This document shows, piece by piece, positions 51,101 to 64,000 of a stretch of 64,000 bases of DNA. This DNA is from Dipteris shenzhenensis (taxonomy: Eukaryota), in the NCBI GenBank assembly GCA_047967505.1, contig CM106538.1. One strand, written 5' to 3'. Made by a program: the position numbers and the translations under genes. Position 1 is the first letter of the stretch, and the number at the start of each line of letters is the position of its first letter. Below the pieces are notes generated by a model, which was not told the DNA's origin, made no database searches, and saw only the letters and a program-made list of their open reading frames with translations.

Positions 51101-54100
51101 TTGAGATGTGACTCAGTGTAAAATTCTACGTGCACGATGCATGTTTCCTCGACATCGATCAAACATACATTTGATTTTTTCTCCAACCATATTTCTCAAT
51201 TGTGGATATGGAGGGATTCATCCTCACTGGAGGTACTTGTTGAAGATGAAGACATCCTACAAATAAATACCTCAAAAAAATTGCTAGTGCTTGCAAATTT
51301 AATCCCAAAACTATGTAACACATCCAAAAGAGCATCTATTGGTGTGCTTGTACTATGAAACGCATCTATAGGCATGTCTAATACACAGTGTAGACGCACT
51401 AACTGGTTTTTAAACCTACATTTCACTCATTTCCTCACTCCACCGCACTTGCTTTCCTTTCAACACCCACACCCACCTCCAAGAGGAACTCATCTCCAAG
51501 AAACTTACACCTCATCTCCAAGCATACACATTCATCTCCAAGCATACAAGTGAAGAGGGTGAAGAACTCATGAAGAAGGAAGCCACAAGAGAAGAAGGAG
51601 AAGAAGCTTTTGAGAAGAAAGAGAAGAAGCTTTTCATGCCTCTATCCAAGGTTAGTCTCTTGTCAGTTGCTCTTCTCTCTCAATCTATGATGCTTCTTGT
51701 ACTTATGGAAAGTTGTTCTCTTCAGATTCGTCCTTTGTCGCATGCAAGAAAGAATTTTTTGGATAATTTTGTTCTTTTTGGGATCGAGCGGTTTGTTCTT
51801 ATCAAATTTTGTCAAGATTTGTCTGTCAAAGCACGTCTAACAATGCGTCAAACTATATTTTGAATTGTGCAATCATGCCCATAGACAAGCTTTTAGCTAC
51901 GTGTATAGGCACGCTACGACAATTCTATAGTTTTACAGCTCTTCTCATTTTCCTTCTCCTTCTCCCTCCGTTCTCCTTCCATTCTTCCTTCTCTTTTTCT
52001 TCTCTTTCTTGATCCTTCCCTTCTCCTTTCCCTTGCATGTATGTTTAAGTCAAATTTTCAATGCCTTAAGCATTCATGAGGAAATAAGGGATTGCATGCA
52101 TGATGGAAATAAGGGATTGCATAAGGGAAATTGGACTACAACATGAGGGCGCGATAAAGAAAGAGGGCATGCATGATAAAAATCATAGGTCCATTGCATG
52201 AGGGAAATTAGAAAATTGGCATAACTCTTTTATATATGCATATGGAAAGAGGGCATACATGATGGAATACACCCCTCTTACTTCTTTCTTTCTTCTCTTC
52301 TCTTCTCTACTCTTCTTATCTTCAAACCTTCTTCTCTTCTCTTCTAATCTTCTTCTCTTCTTTTCTGTAGTTCATCGTGTGGCTAGGAACCTCTTTAAGA
52401 GCCTCACCTGACCCTCGAGATGCCTTATTATAGCAGTTATATAACATTTTGGGGCACCCTCCCACTACAAAGGAGTTATATACATACATAACAAGCACTC
52501 AAAACACCCATGATGAGTCGAGAGTATAGACTCCAAACCACCCCACACCCACACCACCTGAGATTACTCTTGTGGAGTCGAGACAACCTAGTAGGCGGCA
52601 GAGCCACTAGCCTTCTCCCCGATCATCAGGAGTCCCTTCTCCCCTATGGTCTGGAGTCCCTTCTCTCGTGCGGTCAGGAGGCCCTTCTAGATTGCAGAGC
52701 CGCCAGCATACTCCCGTGCAATTGGGAGCCCCTTCTCCAAAGGCGAGTGCCCATCATAGTAGCTCGTCACGACATGGTAGAAGGTGTAGTAGCAGGAAGA
52801 TCTCTAGCATAGGATGCATGGCATAGTGCTTTGGGGGCAGCACTGGGGGCGAGGAGGATTCAGATGTAGAGGTGCTAGAGGGTGATGGTATGATCTTCTA
52901 TGATATCACTGAGATGGGTGGCATCTTGATGGATTCACAAGGGAAGGACATCATGGCCTTCATGTGCTTTGTAGTTCATAACAACTAGAGAGATTGCTTC
53001 ATTCAATTCAAAGAGCACGAAAAAAAGTTTGGCTGATGATACCATCAATGCTATATGCTCCAGGTATCCCAATCATCCAGTGTTGAGTTCACTGACAAAT
53101 GGGCAAAGTCAAAGATTACCATTATCCTTGCCACCCAATAAGAGATCTTTGCTTAAGAGACAGGCACTAGTTGAGATTGCTAGGAGAGAGGGAGGTCAAC
53201 CACCAATAGGTCAGCCCCACACCACTCATAAGCGTGAGTGGAAGAAACCGATGAAGGCAGTGAAAGCAGACCCCAGTCTGCAACACATAGAGGCACGACG
53301 GATCCAGATGGAGCGATATGGAAACATGCATTTTGGAGCAGGGGGTATTGCATCATGGGAGGCCAAATTGTAAGTATTGATCTCAAATTATATTGTGTTT
53401 ATGTGGTTTATTAGGAGGTTGTTCCTTTGTACTAACCCCTCTACAAATTGTCATCTTACAGCTTGATATCGTGGGGAGATACCCTACTCCTTTTGAGACA
53501 ACCTACCATCATGGACATTGCAAGTGACATACCTGGAGGCACTTCTATGATGAGGGGTTGATTACTAAGGAGCAGTATATCCGGGCTACTGGAGCGCCCT
53601 TGCAAGTATTTAAAAGTACTTTAAAAATGTGAATGTTGTAAATAAAGATTTGATTTTTCATACATTGTACATGTTGTCCCTTGTTTACAAGCTCCTGGGG
53701 ATAATGAGGAGGCAGAAGGTGAGGATACTGAGGAGGAAGAAGGTAATGAAAAAGGCAATGAAAATGGGAGCGAGGACGAGGACGCCTCCAATTAGTCATA
53801 GAAGTACTACTAGAATTAGTGCTAGCTATTCTTTTTTGTATTGAAGCCATTGGCTTGGCTTCGTGCTATATGTATATACACTCCTCTTATTTTTTGAACA
53901 TGAAGCCACAAGTAGGTGGGCTTCGGCTATCTGTATATACAAGCACTTTTTGTGCTATGAATTAATATACAATCCTCTTATTTTTTTGGCATTCAATTTA
54001 CTTGTGCAATGTTTTATCAATGAATGCTTTGTGATGTAAACGTTTTGGAGTTGTAATGTTTTATTAGGAATTGTAATCGTCAGCTATAGATGTGCATGGA

Positions 54101-54475
54101 ATTGTGCAAATTAAAATGTGGTTGGCAGTAAGAATTGCATTGTACACTGTAGAAATGGGATTCCTACAACCACACAACATACTATAGAAATGGGATTCCT
54201 ACAACTACACAGCATACACAACATTCTATTCAACCACATGACATTCTTTTTAAAAAAAATAATTCTGCAGAGCATCTATAAGTGTGTCTATTAGCACATC
54301 TTTCTTTTTTTTTTATAAAGTGTCTATTAGCATGTCTATGGGTGTGTCTCTCTGTTATATAGATGCGTCTATAGACACGGGTTTGTAGATGTGCTAATAG
54401 ATGCACTTATTATTTTTTTTTAAAATTCAATAAACACGTCTATACATGTGTCTATGGATGCATTGTGTTGTTGTG
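48184..54475. mobile_element. Duplicate of the CACAG-type CACTA element; left end missing, no LTR insert
   Basis: Tnp2 remnants on minus (~48190-51085), second gene on plus (~51570-53780), right TIR ends at 54475 followed by TTA. Confidence 0.9.
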
Positions 54476-55859
54476 TTATTGGCGCATCAAAGGCCCCATC
54501 CATCACAAGTTTGGATTTCTTTTGAACACAAGCAATATACTATGAAAGATGATTGGTCAATCAAAAAACAATGGCAATTTTTTCTATTGCCATGGATAGC
54601 CTCCCCTTTTGTTCAATCATTCTCTCCAAATCCCTTGCAACTATTAAATGGAGTGTTGAATTGATTCTTGTACATGGAGTGTTGAATTTATTACGATGAA
54701 GGCAATATACAATCCCCTTGTAGATCACATCCCCTCGCATGCTCCCACTGTCAATCACTTGTATTCTTCCTATTGACTTTAGTTTGGTGAAGAGCTTCTT
54801 CTCACCAATTGTGCAACATGTCACGATAATAATAATTCTCCTTAAATAAATATAAATACAAATACAAATCTGAATAAATAAATATATGGGAATAAGAGCA
54901 AGGTCTTTTCAATATGGGTATGTTCTATATATCTATTAAAATCATCTCCTCATATAGCTAGAGTCCACTTGTGTGTGTGTTTTGTACCATGGATAAAAAG
55001 GTTATCCAAGAATATTAGTAAGAATTTGTCGATTTATTCCTAGAAAGTTTCTACCATGAATTGCTGGAACATAGCATGTGCACTCTTCAACTCGATTAGC
55101 ATCACCTTAATCGAGTATGCTCCTTGTTTGATGATCAAGCTTGCCATTTCTTGATCCTCATTGGGCATTGTGGTTTAGGTGTACCCCCTATATCCGTCCA
55201 TGAATGAATATGTCTCATGCCCCAGTACTTTGTCCAAGATGTTCACTACAAGACATGGGCCTTTTTCTGACATCGATAGTGATGCTAAATACAAATTTTT
55301 TTTTTAAACAATTGAAAAGTATCAAAATGTGCATCGGTGTGTATGTTGTAAAGAAAGTCGATATGAGTGTCAGTATGGGCATCAACAAGTGATAGCTATC
55401 AGTGTCGGTATGGGCATCAATATTAACATCGGTACGTATCGACACTACAGTGTCGGTATGGGCTGTCGGTATGGGCATTGGTATATACCGACATTTTAAC
55501 ATAAGAAAAAAAGAAATTGTGGGGTAGGATCATAGTAGGATGGGGCTTGTTTTAGTTCCATCCTGCCCCAGAATGTTTTTTTTTCATTAGAATCATGTTA
55601 CAAAAGTGGTGTACAAAATCATGTTACAATGTTACAAAAAAGGTCTACAAAATGGCAAAAGTAGTTCCGAAGGAATCTGCTCTCCAAACGGGTGACATGA
55701 TGACATGTCTAATTCAACGGGATTGGACAAACACAAACACAAACAATAAAACAAATACAAACACAAAATCAAATAAGAAGCGAAAAAAATAATATAGACT
55801 TGCATTTTAGTCTTCTAAGTCTTGAAAAGAGACCACCATCATATCTAAGGATGGGAGCG

Positions 55860-56201
55860 AGGAAGAGTGGAGAGAAAGACCAAAAAAAAGAGAGAAAGAA
55901 AGGAAAAGAGAAGAGAAAAGAAAATAAGAGGGAAGAGAAAAGAGAGGAAAAGAGAGGAGAGAAAGAGAGAAAGAAGAGGAGGAAAATAAGAGAGGAAAAG
56001 AGAGGACAGAAAGAGAGAAAAAAAGAGAGAAATAAGAGGAGGAGAGAAAGAGAGAAAGAAGAGGGGGAAATAAGAGAAGAAAAAAAGAGAGGAAAGAGAG
56101 GAGAGAAAGAGAGATAAAAATGAGAGAAAGAGAGGAAAAGAGAGAAGAGACAAGAAAATAAGAGAGGAGAGAGAAGAGAGGAAAAGAGAGAGCGAGGAAG
56201 A

Positions 56202-56232
<31 letters not shown>

Positions 56233-57116
56233 AGAAGAGAGGAGAGAAAGAGAGAGAAGAGGAGGGAAATAAGAGAGGAAAGAAAGAGGAAAAAAGAGGG
56301 GAGAAAGAGAGAGAAAAAGAGAGGAGAAGAGAGGAGAGAAAATAAGAGAGGAGAGAAACGAGAGGAGGGAAAGAGGGAAAAGAGAGAGCGATAAAGAGAG
56401 GAAAAGAGAAGAGAGAAAGAGAGGAAAATAGAAAAAAGAGTAGGAGAGAAAGAGAGAAAGAAGAGGAGGGAATAAGAGAAGAAAGAAAGAGAGGAAAGAG
56501 AGGAGAAAAAGACAGAAAAAAGGAGAGAAAGAGAGGAAAAGAGAGAAGAGAAAAGAAAATAAGAGAGGAGAGAAAAGAGAGGAAAAGAGAGAGCGAGGAA
56601 GAGGAAAGAGAAAGCAAGAAAGAAAAAAAAAGAGAGAGAAAGAGAAGAAAAGAGAGGAGAGAGAAAATAAGAGAGGAGAGAAAAGAGAGGAGGAAAAGAG
56701 GAGAGAAAAGAGATGAGGGAAAGAGGAGAGAAAGAGAGAAAGAAGAGGAGGGAAATAAGAGAGGAAAGAAAAAGAGGAAAAGAGAGGAGAGAAAGAAGAG
56801 TAGGAGAGAAAGAGAGAAAGAAGAGGAGGGAAATAAGAGAAGAAAGAAAGAGGGAAAAGAGGAGAGAGAAAGAGAGGAAAAGAGAGGAGAGAGGAGAGAA
56901 AAGAGAGGAAAAGAGAGGAGGGAAAGAGGGAAAAGAGAGAGCGACGAAGAGAGGAAAGAAAGAGGGAGGAAGAGGAAAGAAAGAGAGAAAGAGAGGAGAG
57001 AATAAGAAGAGAATAAGAGTGGGGAGAGAGGAGAGAGAAAATAAGAGAGAACGAGAGAGTGAGGAAGAGGAAAGAGAGAGCGAGAAAGAGAGGAAAAGAG
57101 AGGAGAGAAAGACAGG

Positions 57117-57152
<36 letters not shown>

Positions 57153-57220
57153 GAGAGGAGAGAAAGAAAATAAGAGAGAAGAGAAAAAAAGTAGAAGAAG
57201 AAAGGAGAAGAGTAGAGAGT
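55860..57220 (+). repeat. ~1.35-kb polypurine GA-rich tract
   Basis: Nearly pure A/G, with recurring gagaggagagaaagagagaaagaagaggagggaaataa units. Confidence 0.95.
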
Positions 57221-57949
57221 TTCTATGCCCATCATTTTGAAGCTAGCGCTTTAAGAGAGAAAGCTAGCTGCAGGCCAATGTATGCATGAAAATAAAAACA
57301 AGAGAGAGACAAAGCACGTTCTTACCTAGAAAGTACATGTCTTAGGCACGACACCAGATGATCCTGCTTGAAGTTTCGTGTTTCGTGTTTTTTGCCCTAT
57401 AAAAGAGAGAAAACATACCATTTAAGGAAACTAGTTAGTGAAAGGAGGAGTTTGGAGAAGCAACATACCAAAGGAATGGAGAGAGGAGACAAAGAGAAGC
57501 CTACAAACAAGGACAAAGCACAAAAGGAAGAGGTAGATCTTTCATACTCCTCTCTTTCATGAATTTTTTTGATGTATTGTGTTTTACTTGAGAGAAAGAA
57601 AAAGAAAGGACAAGAGAAACTTCAGAGAAAGGAAGGGAAACTAGAGGAGAGGAAGAAAGAAAGACAAAGAAACCAAAAAAACTTAAAATAGAAGTAGATG
57701 ATAGAAATTCTTATCTTGAGGTGGAGAGGGAGAATGTAGGAGAGGATGGAGAAGTGGGAGGGGGAGGGAGGAGGGAGAAGTTATGAGGCAAGGATTGAGG
57801 GGGGTGATCGCGAGCTGAAAGCGAGGAAGGAGAATGCAAGAAACAAAAACACAAATGGCATCGCATGAAAGGAAAGCGTGGGTTTTGTCCTTGATGCCAT
57901 CGGTATTAGCATCAGTATTTAGAGCAGAGGTGTCAGTATATACCGACAA

Positions 57950-58254
57950 AACAAGGGTTTATGGTTCTGGGGGTTTAGAGTTTAGGGTTTTTGGGGGGGC
58001 TTGGGAGGCTTGGGAGATTTTGGGGGGTTTGAAAGGATTTAGGGGGGATTTAAGGGGGGTTTAAACCTCAGGGTTTTTTAGATTTAAGGGGATTTAGGGT
58101 TTGGGGGGGCTTAGGGAATTTGGACTAGTCTAAGGGGTTTAGGGGGGTTTGAGGGAATCTAGGGAGGGTTTAAGGGGGGTTGGGAGGTGTTGGGGGTTTA
58201 AGGGGGTTTAAGGGTATTTGAGGGGATTTAGGAGGGATTTAAGGGGGGTTTATA
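57950..58254 (+). repeat. Degenerate telomere-like G-rich tract; continues at 60700-60950
   Basis: tttaggg, tttaaggggg and ttggggg runs on both sides of the LTR element. Confidence 0.85.
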
Positions 58255-60699
58255 TGTTGAGGGTTCACGCTCAACATCATGTGATAATATGTGCATAGCA
58301 CCATCATGTGATCATACGTGCATAGCACTAATCCAATAGAGTGCTATAAAGGAAAGGGTTAGATGCCCAAACCCTAACCCTAAATGGGTTTGTATATATT
58401 CTACATTTTTAACTAAATCTAGTGTACAATTAGTCATTTGTGGTGTGCTCTCTAGCTGTGCCCTCTCTCCTCATCTCCACTCTTCTCCTCTCCCCTCTTC
58501 ATATTTTATCATGGTATCAGAGCTCCCTTGGCTTCCGCTGAGGCATTGCGATTCTTAAGAGCGTGAGAGATATTGAGACTGATCGAGTGAGCATCCTTTC
58601 ATTTCATTGATGAAAGAGATTTTCATCCACTTGGAAGAATTTCTGTTCAGTCATTTCCTTGAGAGTTCTTTGGAGATTTCTGTTTACATCTGAGAGACAT
58701 CTCTTCCATTGAGAGATTGTGTGCAAGAGAGAGTTCATTCCTTTTAGAGATTTATTTTATGAGACAGATCTGTGAGGAGTTCTTCTTCTTCTTCTTCTTC
58801 ATTTGAGAGAGAGATATATAGCTTCATTCTGAGAGAGATAGAGATAGCTTCATTTTGAGAGAAAGAGATTAGTCTATGCATTCTATTCTCTACAAACTAG
58901 CCTAGTGTTCTGTATCGACCTCTCGATAGAGCTCAAAGCAAGGCAAGCACTTAGCTGCATACTACAAGCCTCGCAATAGCAGCAAGGCCCTAAGGTGACC
59001 ACAAGAAGCAACTTTCTACACAAGGATGGTACCACAAGTCCTTGATGATGGACGACCAACGCTCCAACATATATAAGCTCCTTCATGGATTGCTCACTAG
59101 CCAGCAGCCTCTTTAACGGCTACAACTCACTCCCTCACGATTGCTCCAGTCTATCGATTGATGATAGCCCAAAGCTCCACGGGCTTCAACGATGACACAA
59201 AGCCTTCTTGATGAGGCCTCAACCACTCCAACAGCCACGAGCTAGCACCAGCGACTCAAGACTCCCTGTGCGCCAAGTTCTCCATCCGATGCATTGAACT
59301 CAGCAAAGATAGCACCAACGGGCTTCTCCACTATCAACACAACGAGCACACAAGCTCACGGGTAGTCTCAATGAGCCAAGCTCTGCCCGACCTTCTCTAT
59401 GCATACAAGCACCCTACAACAAAGGTAGTGGTGCTGCCGACCTTCTCTATGCATACAAGCACCCTAGAACAAAGGTAGTGGTCCATGCATCAGCAGAGCG
59501 ATGCCTTCAACGGACTACAGCAAGAGCTCATGAGCAAAGGCGGATCAACAAGACGAACCGCCCACACTACAATAGTCCTTAAGCTTCTCTGCCCCGCCAT
59601 CGACAACCTTTAGCTCGTCTACATGACGCTCCAGCCTCTCCAACGAGCCAATGCTAGTGCCTCTCCAATGAGCTAGCCAATGAATTGCCTGCACACAACA
59701 ACGCAAAGGGCCTCCATCTAGAGGGTGCCTCTCCTCGCAAGCACATGGGCTATAGCACTAGCTCCAACAAGCCCACGACACCTATCCAAGAAGCAACGTG
59801 CGGCCCAACACACATGCGACAATGCAAGCTCTCCAGCCATGTGCACAAATGGAATCGACGAAATCTTTAAAAGATTCTAGTTACCCTCCTTCCAACACAT
59901 GGTAGAAATTGAGGATAGGGTTAGTTACCTAAATCCCAGGTTAGTTAAGTTAATCATAGCTTGGGTCCAACAAGAGACACGTGGCAAACCTTGGTCACCT
60001 TATCTGCAGGGTCACCACTCACCCTAGGAGTGGTCTACAAGGCAACACGTGGCATGTTATCTTGCCATGTCAACATCTGCCACATCATCTGGCCACATCA
60101 ACTACCACCTCAGCTACCATGTCAACTGCCACATCAGTAGGTCCAGTCAAATTCAATGCCACATCATCGGGTCTACATCATCATTGTCGACATCATCAAT
60201 GCCACATCACCAACTTACCAACTCATCAACCTAGTCAACTGCCACCTCATTAGTGCCACATGGCACTCTGACCCTTGCAGGCACAATTATCCCTCTGTAG
60301 GTACACACAGTCATTGCATGTCACCACACCTGCCAGCTCAACACAAGGCTCCATAGGCATAGTCCCTGCTAGGCACAATCACTGCATGTGACCCCCTGAT
60401 TGCCACATCATCATTGAGCACATTTGGCCTACTTCATGATGTTGATCTTGAGGGAAGGTGTTGAGAGTTCATGCTCAACATCATGTGATCATATGTGCAT
60501 AGCACTAACCCAATAGAGTGCTATAAAGGAAAGGGTTAGATGCCCTAACCCTAACCCTAAATGGGTTTGTATATATTCTACATTTTCAACTAAATCCAGT
60601 GTACAGTTAGTGTACAGTTAGTCATTTGTGGTGTGCTCTCTAGCTGTGCCCTCTCTCCTAGTCTCCACTCTTCTCCTCTCCCCTCTTCATATTTTGTCA
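58255..60699 (+). mobile_element. Second non-autonomous LTR retroelement, 2445 bp
   Basis: LTRs at 58255-58511 and 60459-60699 (TG...CA); PBS TGGTATCAGAGC at 58512-58523; PPT at 60450-60458; flanks TTATA/TTAGG (TSD imperfect); no gag/pol. Confidence 0.92.
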
Positions 60700-60945
60700 T
60701 TAGGGGGTATTCGGGGATTAAGGGGATTTAGGATTTAGGGTTGGGAAATTTTAGAGAATTTGGATAATTTTAAGGGGTTTGGTGGGTTTTAGGGAGGGTT
60801 TAGGGTTTGGGGTTGGGGGATTTGGGAGGGTTTAGGGAATTTTGATGGGTTTAAGGAATTTTAGGTACCAAAGAAGGGGTTTGGGGGTTTCTGGGGGATT
60901 TGGGTGTTTGACTTGACTGGGAGGGATGGTTTTGGATGTGTTTAG

Positions 60946-63225
60946 GTGGAAAGGATGAGTAGTGATAGCTCATCGAATGGCGGGCTACCTCCCGGGAGTG
61001 TGGAGTGGCTTCGTGAGAGATTGCCTTGTCCTTGTACGCATTGTAGACGAGGGGTTTGTCATCAGCACTGCATTGTGATGCGCTACTTGCAAATGTATGG
61101 AGAGGCACCAACAGAAGAGGACATTGGTCATAATGCTAGTGTATCATTGATAAACCAATGATATTTGAGTGATTCATGGATATTTATATTGCGTGCATAT
61201 TCCACACACTAACCTTGTGTCAATATACAGGATGAGAAGAGCAGCGAGGGAGCACATGCACCACCACCACACTTCAAGACAAATGATCCTCTAGAGGAGG
61301 ACGAGATGGATTCTATTTTTGGAGGCACCACAGGAGATGGGGGAGAGATGTCTGAGCATGGGACCATGATGCAATATTTGGCATCAACACACTTGTATGA
61401 TGTTGTGAGGATGACAAACTACGAGCGTGGCTCTCGATTGAATCTGCAGGCAAGGTATGGCTGGTTAGACACAAGTGTCTCAGCCTTGCTGAGGTTAGTG
61501 CAAATCATGTTTGGATCCTTGTTCGTAGTATCTCATTACTAATTATTTTAATTAGTATCTCATTCTTAAGATTTCTTGGATATGCAAATTGCAATAGGTT
61601 GCTCCAAAAGATATTGCTTGCCCCAAATACCATGACAATTCTAGAGACGAAGTGAAGAACATGTTGACGATGGTTGGGATGGATTATAACACCATCCACG
61701 CTTGCCCTGATGATTGTATTTTGTTTTGTCATGAGTATGGTGATTTGGTTAATTGTTCAAGGTGTGAAGCACAGTGCTATAGACAGGACTTACTTGGGGA
61801 GACGATCCTAGTGAAGGACTTGAGACATTTTTCCATCATTCCCAAAATACACGACATGTTCAGATGCAAGTCCATTGCACAACTAATGACATGGCATGCT
61901 ACACACCGGTCCACAGATGACACTTTGAAGATCCGTGTAGATTGTGCTGCTTGGAAGCACATAGACATCATATGGCTAGACTTTGTGAGAGAGCCACGTA
62001 ATTTACATCTCGAGTTCACAATGGATGGCGTGAACCCTTTTGGGTTACACCGACATCTTGGTCAACATGGCCCATACCTTTATGATTTATTGTGGTGTGA
62101 TCTATGCATGTCTAATGACTTATTTGTGCATGCATATATGTAGGACTTAAAACACAAGGGTACTATGCTTGTCCTATTTGTAGCCATAGTTTGAATGCAT
62201 GACACTCCAAACATATGAGAAAGATCGTTTATGAAGGTCATGCTCAATACCTGCCACTTGATCATCCTGCACATGAAGGTCAACTTGATCCACCACCGAT
62301 CCATAAGCAAGCAAGTGACTAGATCGAGATTGGAGAGCTAATAGTGAGGAGCCTCCTCCTAGTATGGAATAGTTGTCGATCTTTTATGAGCTTCCATATT
62401 AGAATGAGTTACAAATCAATCATCTCTTGAATCCCATGTAGATCTTCAAGAATGGGGAGCCTTCTATTTAGGCACACTTGGTTGGTGACAAAGACACAAG
62501 GGGAGTTTGATAAGACTTGCACTACATGGATAGGATGCCTCACTTTTGTGATCCCAAGAGCATGTGTGTAGAACCCAAGTGTGGTTCTACAACTCAAGAG
62601 AGTGGTTCAAGAACCCAAGAGCATCCTCCTAGAATTATTCTCCCGAGGCACCATTGATCCTTTCCAAGGTAATGAAGGTGGACATTGAATCTTTTCGGAC
62701 ACCCACATGACATGTGTTGCCTTAGGGAGCATTTACAAAGGACAATAAGCTTAGTGGCCTCAAGTCCCATGATTGGCACAAGGTCTTACAGGTATTCTAC
62801 ATGTTAGCTTGAATGCTTATAACTCCTTTGTTGCTTGGGTAGTTTATCCTCCCAATTGCAGTGAGAGGATGCTTATTGAAAGATGTTAGAAAAGCTATCT
62901 ACAAGATCAGCGGCATTATCAGGTATGCTTACTATCATATCACCTTCATTATATTTCATACAATTTTAAATGATCGATAGAGAATATTGAATCTTACGGG
63001 TGCATGTGAAATAGGTGGATCTCACAAAAAGAGATCTTTGTATCAAGCATCAAGAGGGCTAAGGTGGACTCCATTGAAGCTGTGTGCTTGCTTGAGAAGC
63101 ACTTTCCCTCAAGCATTATGACGACTCATGTGCACTTGCTTGTACACGTAGATGAGGTTAACATTGCAAGAATTGTTCATAGTCATTGGTTGTTTCTCCT
63201 TAAACGGTTTATGAAAACTTTGATA
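60946..63225 (+). pseudogene. En/Spm Tnp2 transposase pseudogene (copy B)
   Basis: CPCTHCRR, IHACPDDC, DGVNPF, HLLVHVDEV...HWLFLLKRFMKTL. Confidence 0.9.
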
Positions 63226-64000
63226 CCTCCTCCCACAGTGGGAGAAGCCCCACACCTCTCTCTCAGAAAACATGGTGCAAACGATATAACGCACCCTTGG
63301 AGAGTGGTACACAGTGTGTGCAAGAGAAAGGTCAATAGAGTAGCACTGAGAGATGGATAGAAAGAGAGAGAGTCAGTCTTGTAATTCCTCTGCAGTGATG
63401 AAAAAGGCTCCAAGCTCTCTCCTCCATGCTTGCTCCCATCGGTGGTCTCTGGTGTGCCCTTGCCATTCCTTTGATGATGCTTCATTTCTGCTTTTGCGAC
63501 ATTGTGGTGGTCGTGTCTGCTGCAAAAGACCCTACACTAAGAAAGTGCAAGCTCAGTGGTCTTATTCCGTACTCTCGCCTTAGTCCTCACTTCACTCGGC
63601 TATTGAACTACGACACCACCAAGGATGAGATTATTTCAAAAATACAGTCGTGGAGGAAGAATACGTATTTCAAGAAAAATAGGTAAGTGCACAAACTCTA
63701 AGCATTCAAATTTCAAATTGGACTTAAAATTTCTTTAAATTCTGTTAAATTGATGATCTTAACATTATATTTTCTCATTCAAAGTTTTTTAACTATATAT
63801 AGGCTCGTCCTATATGGTTAGAAAAGTTAGTCCTCCTATATAGGTTTGCCCTATAAGATAATGAAAACGTATGAGCTTAAGAAATACTTTCCTAAATCAT
63901 AGCGTTACGTGAGATTTAAAATCAAATTTCATATGCGGTTATTTATTTTAGGATGGTGAAGAAGAAGCACATGAAATAGTTTAAAGAGACAATACCTTTA

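Larger units (their letters stand above)
55244..63225 (+). mobile_element. Duplicate of the CACTACAAGACA element 5' part (copy B)
   Basis: TIR at 55244 with flank GTT; Tnp2 remnants at 60946-63225. Confidence 0.9.
48184..64000 (+). repeat. Segmental duplication (copy B) of 7008-23921; runs off the window
   Basis: Collinear high identity from tttctctgctctctc (7008/48184) to caataccttta (23921/64000). Confidence 0.97.

Noticed and set aside
55769-57240. 488-aa S/L/F-rich and K/R/E-rich ORFs (also 17072-17701)
   Set aside because: Artefacts of the stop-poor GA/CT low-complexity tract
57950-60950. True telomere or interstitial fusion scar
   Set aside because: Highly degenerate, short, and embedded in a transposon arm

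Overview
Repeat-saturated, gene-free stretch of a land-plant nuclear genome. I see no intact host gene, no RNA gene and no CRISPR array; the species cannot be identified from the window. It is a stack of nested transposable elements. (1) A degenerate Ty3/gypsy element (~450-3087) interrupted inside RT by a CACTA/En-Spm element. The two CACTA ends (3088 and 16620) and the two RT halves are now in inverted orientation, which implies an old ~18 kb inversion. (2) A complete 10 kb CACTA-type element with non-canonical CACAG/CACAA termini and TTA TSD (5821-15851), carrying divergently oriented Tnp2- and TnpA-like pseudogenes. (3) Two distantly related non-coding ~2.5 kb LTR retroelements with shared termini. 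(4) A MULE-like insertion and two 247-bp MITEs with 8-bp TSDs. (5) A ~93-bp hairpin-bearing tandem array. (6) Two Tnt1/Tork-like copia copies, apparently nested, joined by an odd LTR-less PPT-PBS junction with a micro-inversion. (7) A second degenerate gypsy element. (8) A >15.8 kb direct segmental duplication (7008-23921 vs 48184-64000) that supplies empty sites for several insertions. All comparisons and family calls were made by eye; no database searches were run.
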